Positions 16,872 through 26,158 of a DNA stretch of 64,000 nucleotides are shown here, piece by piece (the stretch's first letter is position 1; every line of letters starts with the position of its first letter). The position numbers and the translations under genes are program-made. The notes beneath the pieces were generated by a model. It saw nothing but the letters and a program-made list of their open reading frames with translations. It searched no databases and was not told the DNA's origin. The stretch is from an uncultured virus (IMG/VR IMGVR_UViG_3300043775_001647) (Duplodnaviria; Heunggongvirae; Uroviricota; Caudoviricetes). The DNA is taken from IMG/VR virus record IMGVR_UViG_3300043775_001647; one strand, written 5' to 3'.

Positions 16872-17408
16872 TCAATATTCATGTCTCATAGCTTTCTTTA
16901 ATACCTTTCTTGCTTTATACAATTGTGATCGGACAGTTACATGCCCTACATTTAATTCCTTTGCTATCTCTGGTCCAGATAGTCCTTCAATACAGAACAT
17001 TTCAATCACTCTTTTATATCCCGGTGCTAAATTATCTATACATTTCATAACCACCTGTAAGTCCATAGGTGAATGAGTATCATTACATCTTCCTGGATTT
17101 ACTACGGTTACATCTTTCTGATATTGCTCATACTTTCTCTTCTTTATATGATTAAGTGCTGTGGTTATTACCACTCTACCACACCATGCTACTAAGTAAT
17201 TATCATCCTTTAGTTGTCCAATATACCTAAAGATTCTTACAAAGCTATCACAGACTACATCATCTGTATCATCTACATTATTGACATACTTGTATGCTAG
17301 TTTTGAAAAGTATGCCTTATACCTAGTATAGAGAAGTGCTTTAGCACTCTCTGAACCTGCTTTAAGTTCTTGAGCTAGCTTAACCGTATCTACCTGTTCC
17401 TGTTCCAT
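16872..17408 (-). CDS. ECF-type RNA polymerase sigma-70 factor
   Basis: Region 2 (DTDDVVCDSFVRIF...AWCGRVVITTALNHIKK) and region 4 (LAPGYKRVIEM..IEGLSGPEIAKELNV..VTVRSQLYKARK). Confidence 0.9.
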   Translation of the reverse strand: MEQEQVDTVKLAQELKAGSESAKALLYTRYKAYFSKLAYKYVNNVDDTDDVVCDSFVRIFRYIGQLKDDNYLVAWCGRVVITTALNHIKKRKYEQYQKDVTVVNPGRCNDTHSPMDLQVVMKCIDNLAPGYKRVIEMFCIEGLSGPEIAKELNVGHVTVRSQLYKARKVLKKAMRHEY

Positions 17409-17445
17409 CTACTTAATATACGAATCATATTTCAACTAAACAACT

Positions 17446-17469
17446 AAAAGAATGGGGCCCGTAGGCCCC
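17446..17469 (-). terminator. Intrinsic terminator after the folE-queF block
   Basis: GGGGCC-TACG-GGCCCC-ATTCTTTT. Confidence 0.75.
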
Positions 17470-17532
17470 TTACTCTTACTCATATCTTCTCCCCGTGTGG
17501 GGAAGTTCTTGAGAATTCGCGCGATCTTCTTT

Positions 17533-17889
17533 TTAATCTTGCGCTGGTTTTTTCTTAGCCGGACGCTTACGCTTTGCTTTTGGTTTCACAGCAGGGGCTT
17601 CTTGAGTTGTTACCATCTCCTGTACTGCTGCTTTAACTGCAGCCATTTCCTGTACTACTGCTTTAGCTGCTAATGCTTCTACTACTGCAGGAATCTCTTT
17701 TACAGCTACTACTGCAGGTTTAACTTTAGCTACGACCGGAGCAGGTTTTGCTACGGGAGCTTTTTGACGAAGAATTTCTTCTTCCATTTCAGCGATTAAC
17801 TCTTGACGAGTTTTTCTTGACTGAAGGTAGGCAGCGATTACCAAAATGATAAATGCGCCTACGATACCGAGTACGAGTACGTTTGTCAT
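17533..17889 (-). CDS. Membrane-anchored Ala/Lys/Pro-rich protein
   Basis: N-terminal TM, low-complexity basic tail. Confidence 0.75.
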   Translation of the reverse strand: MTNVLVLGIVGAFIILVIAAYLQSRKTRQELIAEMEEEILRQKAPVAKPAPVVAKVKPAVVAVKEIPAVVEALAAKAVVQEMAAVKAAVQEMVTTQEAPAVKPKAKRKRPAKKKPAQD

Positions 17890-17890
17890 A

Positions 17891-18814
17891 TTATTGTCTA
17901 AGTGTTTTTTTGTTTCTGTAATTTACATCTGTGAACATTGTTGGGATCATATCTGTATGAGTTGCTCTGATAGGATTAATATCCAATCCTCCTCTACGGG
18001 TATACAAACAAGCTACCATCAAACGAGAAGGTTGATAAGCTTCTGTTAAATGCATAAACATCATCTCACAAATCTCTTCGTGGAAATGAGACACCTCTCT
18101 ATGAGATACGATGTACTTTGCTAACGATTTGAAATCAGGAGCATTTGTTCCGGTAGTCTCAATCTCGATATAAACATCACCCCAGTCTGGTTGGTTGGTT
18201 ACCCTACAGTTACTTCTCAAAAGGTTTGAAGTTATCTTAGTCGTAACTGCTACCTCATTAGGAGCTACTTCCATTGATTGCAACTGACTAGCATCTGAAT
18301 GGAATGTATCGAAAGTTTCTTCGTCTAAATTAACTGCCTGGTCAAGGTGTATGTAATCTGTTCCAAACTCTACCTCAGGAGTAAACTCGTTCGTAAAGAA
18401 CTTAACTTCAACTTCTGTCTGTAATAGTTTAGATAGATCTTTAGTGACCATCTGCTCAACTAAGTTAACACATTCGTGTGCTGTAGAACCCAAACGGGTC
18501 ATGTTAAAGGAGTTCAAGTAAAGCTTGATTGACTTAGACTCTACGTGAGCAGGACTATCTGCCGGACAGTAGATCTTCATCATTCCGTTTACCGGACGTC
18601 CATTCTCTGTGATTGCTGATACTTCATAAGCATTCCAAACATCACCGCCTACAAAGGGTAGGTCACCTTCTTTAATGCTGTAACTCTCTCGGTTGTAGTA
18701 GCGAGGTACTGCAACGAGAAGCTCAGGAGCATACGTTGACTTGTAACCCTCACCGCCTACCTTACCAAGGTGTTTGCCGGCAATTTCAATTACTGTATTT
18801 TGATTATTATCCAT
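17891..18814 (-). CDS. queF: NADPH-dependent preQ0 reductase QueF (bimodular)
   Basis: QueF motif VESKSIKLYLNS, catalytic SNCRVTNQPDWG, FHEEICE, YTRRGGLDINP. Confidence 0.93.
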   Translation of the reverse strand: MDNNQNTVIEIAGKHLGKVGGEGYKSTYAPELLVAVPRYYNRESYSIKEGDLPFVGGDVWNAYEVSAITENGRPVNGMMKIYCPADSPAHVESKSIKLYLNSFNMTRLGSTAHECVNLVEQMVTKDLSKLLQTEVEVKFFTNEFTPEVEFGTDYIHLDQAVNLDEETFDTFHSDASQLQSMEVAPNEVAVTTKITSNLLRSNCRVTNQPDWGDVYIEIETTGTNAPDFKSLAKYIVSHREVSHFHEEICEMMFMHLTEAYQPSRLMVACLYTRRGGLDINPIRATHTDMIPTMFTDVNYRNKKTLRQ

Positions 18815-19343
18815 GATTCTTTATTGTTGTATAAAATTTTTCTAATCTTTCTTCTACTGATCCTGTTAGGTATACTACAGGAACTTTTATATGCTTAATG
18901 TATCGTTCAAATAAGTCTACTATATCATCTCTGAATTGAGTATTAGTGCTCCTGGTTCCATCGTCTACGATATCGAATTCAGGCTTTAGATAGAAGATAT
19001 AATCATAGCGATCCTTGTAATGATTGAATACGTTCATAGAGTATTCCCATACCCACTTCTCAACACTACCTTGCTGGTATAACCAATGAGTATAAACTAC
19101 TCCGTCGATGACACATCTATCCATAATAGCATCAGTATACAGAGTATTCTTAATATGCTCATTCATAATTAGAAGCTGGGTAGTATTACCTCCTGCTTCG
19201 TTTATCTTCAAACCCTTCTTAACCATCCGGCGGGTAATCTCGTCGATGAATTCGTATTTGTACCTGAACTCCTCGTTCTGCTTAATTGCTTCTAGTAGAG
19301 TAGTCTTACCTGTTGATTGAGCTCCTGTAAATGATATTCTCAT
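18807..19343 (-). CDS. P-loop nucleotide kinase (NadR/AAA_28, dNMP-kinase-like)
   Basis: Walker A GAQSTGKTT, DRCVID motif. Confidence 0.8.
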   Translation of the reverse strand: MRISFTGAQSTGKTTLLEAIKQNEEFRYKYEFIDEITRRMVKKGLKINEAGGNTTQLLIMNEHIKNTLYTDAIMDRCVIDGVVYTHWLYQQGSVEKWVWEYSMNVFNHYKDRYDYIFYLKPEFDIVDDGTRSTNTQFRDDIVDLFERYIKHIKVPVVYLTGSVEERLEKFYTTIKNHG

Positions 19344-19370
19344 TAGTATTAATATACGAAGTTAATTTGA

Positions 19371-19916
19371 TTAAAGCCAATGTCTTTTAAGAAAGTTTAC
19401 CCACATATCGACTGAGATGTTATGCAGCTTCTGAAACATTTCATCCATTGTAAGGTTCCTGATGCTTATCTGCTGAGATCTAACTACCGGACCATCATCC
19501 ACTCCTGCTGTTACTTGATGAATTACACAGCCGGAACTACTCAAATCTAGATTCCAGGCTTTCATCTGAGGATCTTTTCCTTTCAGTTCAGGGTATTTAG
19601 TGATCAAACCAGGATGTCCATTGTAGATAGTTGAATACTCTTCAATCACTTCTGTAGGTATTACTCTTAACCATCCATGTAAGGTGATCACGTATGTATC
19701 AATACCGATTGCTTCTGCTAAGACGCTACGGTAGTCTTCTACGGTTGGTTGGTTCGGTAATGTTATAATATTTTTAGAGAGCACCTCTTGGTTTATTTTC
19801 CTTAACCGGGCCGGTCTTTCATTGGTAATAATAACATCAGGCCATCGATCTAAATGATTACTTACTTCAGCAATCTCGTTGCCAGTCTGAGAGAAGAATG
19901 CAATCCACTTACCCAT
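19371..19916 (-). CDS. dpdN: PurN-like formyltransferase; probable preQ1 formyltransferase
   Basis: FFSQTG, LHGWLRVIP, YNGHPGL..YPELKG, GCVIHQVTAGVDDG; embedded among 7-deazaguanine genes. Confidence 0.75.
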   Translation of the reverse strand: MGKWIAFFSQTGNEIAEVSNHLDRWPDVIITNERPARLRKINQEVLSKNIITLPNQPTVEDYRSVLAEAIGIDTYVITLHGWLRVIPTEVIEEYSTIYNGHPGLITKYPELKGKDPQMKAWNLDLSSSGCVIHQVTAGVDDGPVVRSQQISIRNLTMDEMFQKLHNISVDMWVNFLKRHWL

Positions 19917-20700
19917 TCCACCATGCTTTAAAGACGTCAATATTCCAATCTAAGTTATGCTTGCTGATTTGGTCTGCCGGGTAGTTAATTAATTCAAATA
20001 GCTTCTGAGACTCTTTTGTCTTAAGCCCGGAGTGAGGATAAGGAATTCCTTTAATAGCATGTACTACTGGGTTAGAAGTATCCATTGAGTAAATCCAATC
20101 ATATCCTTTGTAGAACTGACCTTCTTGAGGTAATGCACAACCGAGTAAGTGGTGAGGCTTTTGCTTATTAATAATACCGTCCTTCTCTAATCTGCCTAGC
20201 AAAGCAACTCTTCCTAGCATCCAGCTTACAAGCTTGTTCGGATTAGGAACTATTTTTTCATAGAGAGAATAATCAAAAGAGATTGCAATCATATCAACAT
20301 CCAGCTTGTCATCTAAAGTCTGATAGCATTCCACGATCTCCTCATAAGTCTTTCCTTGAACTACTGCAATACTTTTACCCTTAGCGGTTGGTCTATGAAA
20401 CTGATTCCATACGTAAGCATTAAAGATTGTTGTCTTTGCATCCTCTAAAGCATCTGGGATGATGTACCAGGTAGGCTCAAGCTTATTATTCCATTCGAAG
20501 AACTTCTTCATATCAAAAGCCTCTCCTAATTCAAAGATTGAATTATCTAAAATAACTTCTCGTTCTTTACAGGCTTCAACAAAGGCTTCTTTATAGGCTT
20601 CACTCTCCTCTAACAAATGAACTAAGCAGTAATCGTAATCAGTCTTAGTTTGAACGTAAGAGAATAAATCGATAGGAGATTCGTGCGCTATCTTAATCAT
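19909..20700 (-). CDS. dpdA: TGT-like TIM-barrel protein; probable DpdA-family 7-deazaguanine transglycosylase
   Basis: ILDNSIFELG, IIPD, AVVQG, HHLLG and SMDTSNP motifs; coupled to folE. Confidence 0.65.
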   Translation of the reverse strand: MIKIAHESPIDLFSYVQTKTDYDYCLVHLLEESEAYKEAFVEACKEREVILDNSIFELGEAFDMKKFFEWNNKLEPTWYIIPDALEDAKTTIFNAYVWNQFHRPTAKGKSIAVVQGKTYEEIVECYQTLDDKLDVDMIAISFDYSLYEKIVPNPNKLVSWMLGRVALLGRLEKDGIINKQKPHHLLGCALPQEGQFYKGYDWIYSMDTSNPVVHAIKGIPYPHSGLKTKESQKLFELINYPADQISKHNLDWNIDVFKAWWNG

Positions 20701-21377
20701 TACTTGCAGCTATATCCTTTAACGAATTCGTAAAACTCTGCTCTTGCTGAATCTTCCATCATGAAGCATCCTGATAACTTTGAAGTTTTCATAGAAGCTC
20801 CTGCATGCTTTACTCCTCTGCAAGATACGCAATTGTGGGTTGCTTCGACCATTACAGCTACTCCCTGATTACCTTCACAAATCTTATTCACTGCGTTATG
20901 GACTGCAACTGTATATTGTTCTTGGATTGTTCCTCTTCTTCCGAAGTATTCAACAATCCTATTTAGCTTTGATAAACCGACAACCTTACCTTCTGGAGAA
21001 GGAATGTAACCGATATGAACCCGGCCTTGGATTGTTTGGTGATGATGAGAACACATAGAGGTAATTGGAATATTGCCTTCAAATACCATTCCGTCGTATC
21101 CATCTGAAGGAAATGCAGTAACGTTATCCATCATATCGTAACGTCCTTTCCATAAATCGAATACGTATGCTTTTGCTACCCTGCGAGGAGTATCAGAAGA
21201 GTTAGGATCATTCTTCCAATCACAACCTAATGCATCTAGAAACTTTCCGTAAGCATCTGCTGCCTTATCAACCATCTTCCATTTCTCTTTTTCGGTGAAC
21301 GGATAACCGGGTGCCTTGCCGTTAGCAAAGCCCATGCTCGCTAATTCAAGACCGTCTGAAAATTCTTTTAAATCCAT
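20700..21377 (-). CDS. folE: GTP cyclohydrolase I
   Basis: DTPRRVAKA, SMCSHH, GLSKLNRIV, HNCVSCRGV. Confidence 0.95.
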   Translation of the reverse strand: MDLKEFSDGLELASMGFANGKAPGYPFTEKEKWKMVDKAADAYGKFLDALGCDWKNDPNSSDTPRRVAKAYVFDLWKGRYDMMDNVTAFPSDGYDGMVFEGNIPITSMCSHHHQTIQGRVHIGYIPSPEGKVVGLSKLNRIVEYFGRRGTIQEQYTVAVHNAVNKICEGNQGVAVMVEATHNCVSCRGVKHAGASMKTSKLSGCFMMEDSARAEFYEFVKGYSCK

Positions 21378-21413
21378 AAATATAATATAGTAACTTTTGT
21401 TTTAGTATGCAAC

Positions 21414-21740
21414 TTATAATCCAGCAACGGAAGTTCTTTCTGCTTCTACTCTAGTCTCTCCTCCTTGGTAGATGATCTTACCTTTCTCATGCTCGTGAGG
21501 ATTACAGCGGATATTAGTCTTATAGAAGTATACAGGACCATTATACTCGAAAGTCTCGCTACCTAAATGCTCTCCTAATGCTATCCCTTTCGGGCCAGAG
21601 ATTCTTCTCGGTCCATTAAACGATCTGAAATCAATATCTAATGCTCGGTACCACTTACCGTTATTCATTTGAATTTCATGTGCCCATGCGGTATTAAAAT
21701 CAAATTCTAATTTACCAGTATTGCCTCTTTTTTCTCCCAT
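21414..21740 (-). CDS. Hypothetical protein (leaderless, early promoter)
   Basis: FRSFNGPRRI; promoter at 21743. Confidence 0.75.
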   Translation of the reverse strand: MGEKRGNTGKLEFDFNTAWAHEIQMNNGKWYRALDIDFRSFNGPRRISGPKGIALGEHLGSETFEYNGPVYFYKTNIRCNPHEHEKGKIIYQGGETRVEAERTSVAGL

Positions 21741-21755
21741 GCCTAAAGATACGAA

Positions 21756-21962
21756 TTAATCTGGGAGTAAGCCAGCTTTTTCTACTGCAGTCCAAACTCT
21801 AGTCTTCCAAAGATCTATTCTTATTCCTTCAATCTCCTGGAGTCCGTTTATGGTTTCTTTCGATAGGTGAACAATACATAAATCAAACATTCTATCTGCT
21901 TGTGCAATGTTACCTTCTTTTGCAAATTTTCTACCTAGTTTATATTTTTCCTTTAATGTCAT
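21756..21962 (-). CDS. Hypothetical protein
   Basis: AAGTT-ATG start. Confidence 0.7.
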   Translation of the reverse strand: MTLKEKYKLGRKFAKEGNIAQADRMFDLCIVHLSKETINGLQEIEGIRIDLWKTRVWTAVEKAGLLPD

Positions 21963-21966
21963 AACT

Positions 21967-22173
21967 TTAGTTTTTATAACGAACTGATTTAAACTGCATT
22001 TCTTCCTCTGCCATCTGGTAATCTAAGCAAAGGAATACACATAAGTCACGCAGCTGTTGAGGGTAAATGAGAGCCATCTCTACCAGCAGTTCGTCTTCCA
22101 TTGATTCAAATACATGACTGAAGCTTTCAATCTCTTCAGGGTGCTCTTGAGGTGTTTTCTTAATCTTCTTCAT
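21967..22173 (-). CDS. Hypothetical protein
   Basis: 68 aa in a packed gene run. Confidence 0.65.
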   Translation of the reverse strand: MKKIKKTPQEHPEEIESFSHVFESMEDELLVEMALIYPQQLRDLCVFLCLDYQMAEEEMQFKSVRYKN

Positions 22174-22275
22174 AAGCTACGTAGGTCTTTTTCATCACAG
22201 GCTTTGGCTTCCTTGTCTTAAAGGAGTCTAACCATGTTTTCAAAACGTGTAGCTTTTGGTGGTTTGATGTTTTGC

Positions 22276-22803
22276 TCATATTTTAATCCATTTATTTTTA
22301 TAGTCCTTATTTGATGCTGCGTACTGAGCGTAACCGTTTCTGATAGGTCGGCCGGAGTTATAAGCACCGCATGCTAACATCCAATCACCATGCATTGAGT
22401 ACCACTTACGGAGCATCTGCATACTGATCTTAACATTCAAATCAATATTAGTCTTTAATTCTTTCTCACTCAATCGCTTCCTAACATAAGGCCTAGCCCA
22501 TCGAGTAATAATCTGCATCGGACCAACAGCACCTGCGAATGAGGTCTGGTATGGGTTATAATCAAAATCAAAAGGACCTTGGTATCTAGTCTCTAAGTAA
22601 GCAACGTTGTATGCAATATGCTTCGGTATCTTTAAACTATCACTCCAGTGCTCAATCGACTCATACATCTGGAGTGAGATAGTTCCGTTAGCTAAATCTA
22701 AACGTTCTTCAAAGTAATCCAGGCGTTGATTGAAGTTAATATACATCAACCCAATAACTCCCAAGAGAATAATTAAATACCAGTTTCTTACTTTAGCAAA
22801 CAT
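22276..22803 (-). CDS. SLT-domain lytic transglycosylase with N-terminal anchor
   Basis: AYLETR, GAVGPMQI, ACGAYNSG. Confidence 0.88.
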   Translation of the reverse strand: MFAKVRNWYLIILLGVIGLMYINFNQRLDYFEERLDLANGTISLQMYESIEHWSDSLKIPKHIAYNVAYLETRYQGPFDFDYNPYQTSFAGAVGPMQIITRWARPYVRKRLSEKELKTNIDLNVKISMQMLRKWYSMHGDWMLACGAYNSGRPIRNGYAQYAASNKDYKNKWIKI

Positions 22804-22811
22804 CCTTTAGT

Positions 22812-23129
22812 TTATTTAGTTGATACCGGACTAGCAATCTTAGAAGCATACATCTTAAAGATAATTCGTCCGATTGAGTCACTATAAATAGTATAGCTAC
22901 CAGTCTTGCGATCCATCATAATCAATTTGTCTTCTGAATCGATTGCGATTCGAACTTCTTTATTCAAGATAGTTTCATTAACTGCTTTAGGTTTCATCTT
23001 CAATTCATTGAAGTAGTAACCGAGACCAAAGCCTCCAATTAAGGTTGCAGTAACAATTGCAACGTTCATAAATCGGTTGAAGATAACTTTCAACTTGTCT
23101 TTTTGTTCTGTACTAATTAGATTTTTCAT
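22812..23129 (-). CDS. Single-TM membrane protein next to the transglycosylase
   Basis: Hydrophobic segment VAIVTATLIGGFGLGYY. Confidence 0.75.
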   Translation of the reverse strand: MKNLISTEQKDKLKVIFNRFMNVAIVTATLIGGFGLGYYFNELKMKPKAVNETILNKEVRIAIDSEDKLIMMDRKTGSYTIYSDSIGRIIFKMYASKIASPVSTK

Positions 23130-23433
23130 AACTTATTTCTTTTTGTTTTAAATGTTTTATTGCTTCAACTACTTCCCGGCATTGTTCGTATAATTCATTA
23201 TCTACCAGTACTTTTAAATTCTTCTCTAAAGTAACGATAAATTCTTCAGGATTGCAAGTTAAATCATAAAATTCTTCTTCATCTTCCATCTCTACTGAGA
23301 TAATATGCACATGCTTCTTAGTACAATCTAGATTAGCTATAATTGCAGTACATATAATAGAGGCAAGCTTGGCATCTCCTTGCTTAACTCTTTCCATAAA
23401 ATCTGCTTCAGACTTAACCTTATATGTTCTCAT
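23113..23433 (-). CDS. Hypothetical protein with UVR-like motif
   Basis: VDNELYEQCREVVEAI; start 23433. Confidence 0.7.
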   Translation of the reverse strand: MRTYKVKSEADFMERVKQGDAKLASIICTAIIANLDCTKKHVHIISVEMEDEEEFYDLTCNPEEFIVTLEKNLKVLVDNELYEQCREVVEAIKHLKQKEISYEKSN

Positions 23434-23434
23434 C

Positions 23435-23590
23435 TCAGAATAAATCAAGGGGATTTCTTTTTAGGGTGTATTTTTTCATCTGAGTGGCTTTCTCATCTGC
23501 TTTGAGCATTTCGGTTGCAATTCTCTCCAAATGCTTTCTCTTCTCTTTTTCCTTATTCTCTAGGATCTTTTCGTGCTTTGTCTTCTTCAT
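23435..23590 (-). CDS. 51-aa basic protein (not in ORF track)
   Basis: MKKTKHEKILENKEKEKRKHLERIATEML...PLDLF; ATGA overlap. Confidence 0.65.
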   Translation of the reverse strand: MKKTKHEKILENKEKEKRKHLERIATEMLKADEKATQMKKYTLKRNPLDLF

Positions 23591-24219
23591 AAGCGGCTGA
23601 TGAAATCATCCTGCTTCGGTTCTTCATCTGTCAATCCCAACTCTTTTAATCTCTGAAGTTGGTATTCGTCAAGTTCCCAGCTAGGTTCTTCCTGCTTATA
23701 AATAGTTACGTGATCTTCAAGTCCTTGTATTTGTTTATTTTCAAATACGTCTCCTACTGTTAAGAAGAAGCAATTGTAGCAAAGTAGGTCTAAGTTTTCT
23801 GCTCGGTAGTTCTTTTTATTACCATCCTTAAAGTGCATAAGGAGAGGCATTTTGTAATCAAGGACTCTCCTCTCACTAAAATGGCAATTGTAACATTCCT
23901 CTAGTAGGTAACCTTCAGTGATCATTCGATCTTTTATCTTTGCCGGTGTAAAGGAATGCGGTGATGCATTACCTTCTACGATATCCAATAAAGATGGTTC
24001 ATCTGATTTACCTGTTAAGAACTTTGGAATGCCTGTACCGGATTGGTTTTTATGCTTTTCCCATAGAGATATTCCTAGTGCTTCATCCTTGTATTGTTTA
24101 GCATATTTTTTATAATGCACAAAAGATACTGAAAGATACCGGGCAGCTGCTCGGTTAGATCTAGTTCGGCTCATCGCCGATAAGACCATATCCTTAGATA
24201 GAAACTTAATCTTGGTCAT
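23587..24219 (-). CDS. HTH plus HNH-like Zn-binding protein
   Basis: SNRAAARYLSVS; CYNC...HFKDGNKKN...NLDLLCYNC. Confidence 0.75.
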   Translation of the reverse strand: MTKIKFLSKDMVLSAMSRTRSNRAAARYLSVSFVHYKKYAKQYKDEALGISLWEKHKNQSGTGIPKFLTGKSDEPSLLDIVEGNASPHSFTPAKIKDRMITEGYLLEECYNCHFSERRVLDYKMPLLMHFKDGNKKNYRAENLDLLCYNCFFLTVGDVFENKQIQGLEDHVTIYKQEEPSWELDEYQLQRLKELGLTDEEPKQDDFISRL

Positions 24220-24463
24220 TGTCTATCAATTCATCATCCCGAAAGTTTGATGTTGATTGATTTTTCTTTCCAAAGACTTGGTCATACTGATCTGCTTCCA
24301 TGATAACTAAGTCGTTGAAAGTATCTTCACCCTCTCCTTTTGTTATTGTGATAGATCTTTTCATCTTAGATGATGAACAACTAACGCATGTTGTAGCACT
24401 TGGAAGTGCTTTCAATCGACCTTCCGGGATTGCTTCTTTACATTTAATACACTGTACTGTCAT
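24206..24463 (-). CDS. DksA/TraR-type C4 zinc-finger protein
   Basis: CIKCKEAIPEGRLKALPSATTCVSC. Confidence 0.85.
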   Translation of the reverse strand: MTVQCIKCKEAIPEGRLKALPSATTCVSCSSSKMKRSITITKGEGEDTFNDLVIMEADQYDQVFGKKNQSTSNFRDDELIDNDQD

Positions 24464-24518
24464 AACTTACTATTTTATTTTGTTATAATATATGAATTTC
24501 TTTAGGGAATAGCAAGTT

Positions 24519-24917
24519 TTATAAGTCGAACTTAAAAACAATTAGCTCATAAAGATCTCCGGGAGTCTTAAAGAAGTATTCTGTTCCATCTTCATCCTCC
24601 CAGGCCATTATATCTCCAGCTGCATTCTTTCTCTCATAAACATACCACCAAACAATACTAGCAACCTCTTCATTAAAGGCAAAGCTTAACATCTCTTCCA
24701 TCATAGTCCAGTATGGAGCAACGATAGTTGAGGTATCGATCCCTGTCTGAGTGAATGTTTTATGCTCGTTAGTAACTAACTTCTCTAAATGATTAATCAT
24801 CTTGGTGAAGAGTTTCTTTTCTTCTTCCAAGATTCCATCCTCTGTTATATCAATAACTTTAAACCTAACCCCAAGAGCCTTTTCAAGACCCTTCTTAATA
24901 CTTTCAAAACCTTCCAT
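24519..24917 (-). CDS. Hypothetical protein
   Basis: 132 aa. Confidence 0.8.
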   Translation of the reverse strand: MEGFESIKKGLEKALGVRFKVIDITEDGILEEEKKLFTKMINHLEKLVTNEHKTFTQTGIDTSTIVAPYWTMMEEMLSFAFNEEVASIVWWYVYERKNAAGDIMAWEDEDGTEYFFKTPGDLYELIVFKFDL

Positions 24918-24921
24918 AAGA

Positions 24922-25092
24922 TTATCTAAGACGTGATTTTATATTTGTAACTGAGAATATCTCTAAAAATTGTTCGACTGGTAAGCCTTTCATTGCTGCA
25001 AAGAAGCTAACTGCTTGCTGCATAGTTTCAGCTGCTTGGGTCATTATTACCTCCTTGTTAGGATCATTCTTTCTATAGAATCCGAATTTCAT
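24922..25092 (-). CDS. 56-aa hypothetical protein (not in ORF track)
   Basis: MKFGFYRKNDPNKEVI...FFAAMKGLPVEQFLEIFSV; ATGA overlap. Confidence 0.65.
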   Translation of the reverse strand: MKFGFYRKNDPNKEVIMTQAAETMQQAVSFFAAMKGLPVEQFLEIFSVTNIKSRLR

Positions 25093-25406
25093 ATTTTATC
25101 TATTAGGTTTTTAATTTCAACACATTTTAAGTAATCTTCTTCCTGCTGATAAATAGTTAGAATAAGGTTTAATAATTTCTTGAACTGCTTCCTCTCGACT
25201 GAAAGATCTAATCCATAGTAAACCATTCTAAATAAGACTAGTTCGTCTCTTCCATCATTGATTGCATCGGTGATTCTTTCTAATACTCTCAACTTAATAA
25301 CTTCTTTGAACTCAGGAGTCTTGAGAGTTTCGGCAAAGCTTTGTTCAATATCTTCTTCGTCCTCAAAATAAACTTCGAGGTAGATTGGCTCATCTATTTT
25401 CTTCAT
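25089..25406 (-). CDS. Hypothetical protein with UVR-like motif
   Basis: YQQEEDYLKCVEIKNLI. Confidence 0.75.
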   Translation of the reverse strand: MKKIDEPIYLEVYFEDEEDIEQSFAETLKTPEFKEVIKLRVLERITDAINDGRDELVLFRMVYYGLDLSVERKQFKKLLNLILTIYQQEEDYLKCVEIKNLIDKI

Positions 25407-26158
25407 AGTATAAATTTTAAATTAGTTTCTGGATGAGAATAAATATAGCTACTCCATTTGTATTTTGCATACTCGTGTCCTTTTTGTTCTGCCTGCAGTC
25501 TTTTTTCGCCGTTAGTTGAAATGGAAGCAAAATGGTAAAAGTGACAATTATATGTTCTAACCATTTTTAAATCTGATATAGCACATTTTAAAAAGAAATC
25601 CCAATCAGCTACCATACCTGCTTCATAATTTTCATCCCATCCGCCTAATCTTATGTAATCATATTTGTTCATAAAGATCGGTAAAGTTGATCCCGATTCT
25701 TCTGTTTTACCCTCCCTGACTGAATTTTCGTAATCCCAGTAAGTTTGTAGGTCAAACGTTTTAGGATCTCTTCCTAGATCCTTAATATGGAATTGTCTGA
25801 AGATAGAAGGAGAAGGCTCGATTTGATTAGGAGCTAATACATATCCGGGTTTATATTCCTCAAGTAACACTTGATCCCATACATCCGGAAAGACATTATC
25901 ATCATTTACAATCAGAATCTTATCAAACTTAGCATTATAAACTCCTAAGTTAGTTGCCCGGCAAAGCCCGACGTTCTCTTCTAAAACTAGAATCTCAACA
26001 GAGTCTTTATACCTATCAAGAACCTCCTTATTAACCTCATAGAACCCATCTACCACTACTATAATTTGGTTGTTTAACCTCTGTCCGTTAATGGCTGATC
26101 TTAAACATAAGTCCAGCGTTTCAGGCTCTTTATATGTAGGGATGATTACTGAGATCAT
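25403..26158 (-). CDS. Glycosyltransferase family 2
   Basis: ISVIIPTY, VVVDG, NDD, LGGWDE...DWDF. Confidence 0.9.
   Translation of the reverse strand: MISVIIPTYKEPETLDLCLRSAINGQRLNNQIIVVVDGFYEVNKEVLDRYKDSVEILVLEENVGLCRATNLGVYNAKFDKILIVNDDNVFPDVWDQVLLEEYKPGYVLAPNQIEPSPSIFRQFHIKDLGRDPKTFDLQTYWDYENSVREGKTEESGSTLPIFMNKYDYIRLGGWDENYEAGMVADWDFFLKCAISDLKMVRTYNCHFYHFASISTNGEKRLQAEQKGHEYAKYKWSSYIYSHPETNLKFIL

Noticed and set aside
19371..19916. Ordinary purN for purine biosynthesis
   Set aside because: No other pur genes in the window; the N-terminal motif is altered (FSQTG) and the gene lies among deazaguanine genes
23435..23590. Possible frameshifted pseudogene in the gap
   Set aside because: On re-reading it is an intact 51-codon ORF
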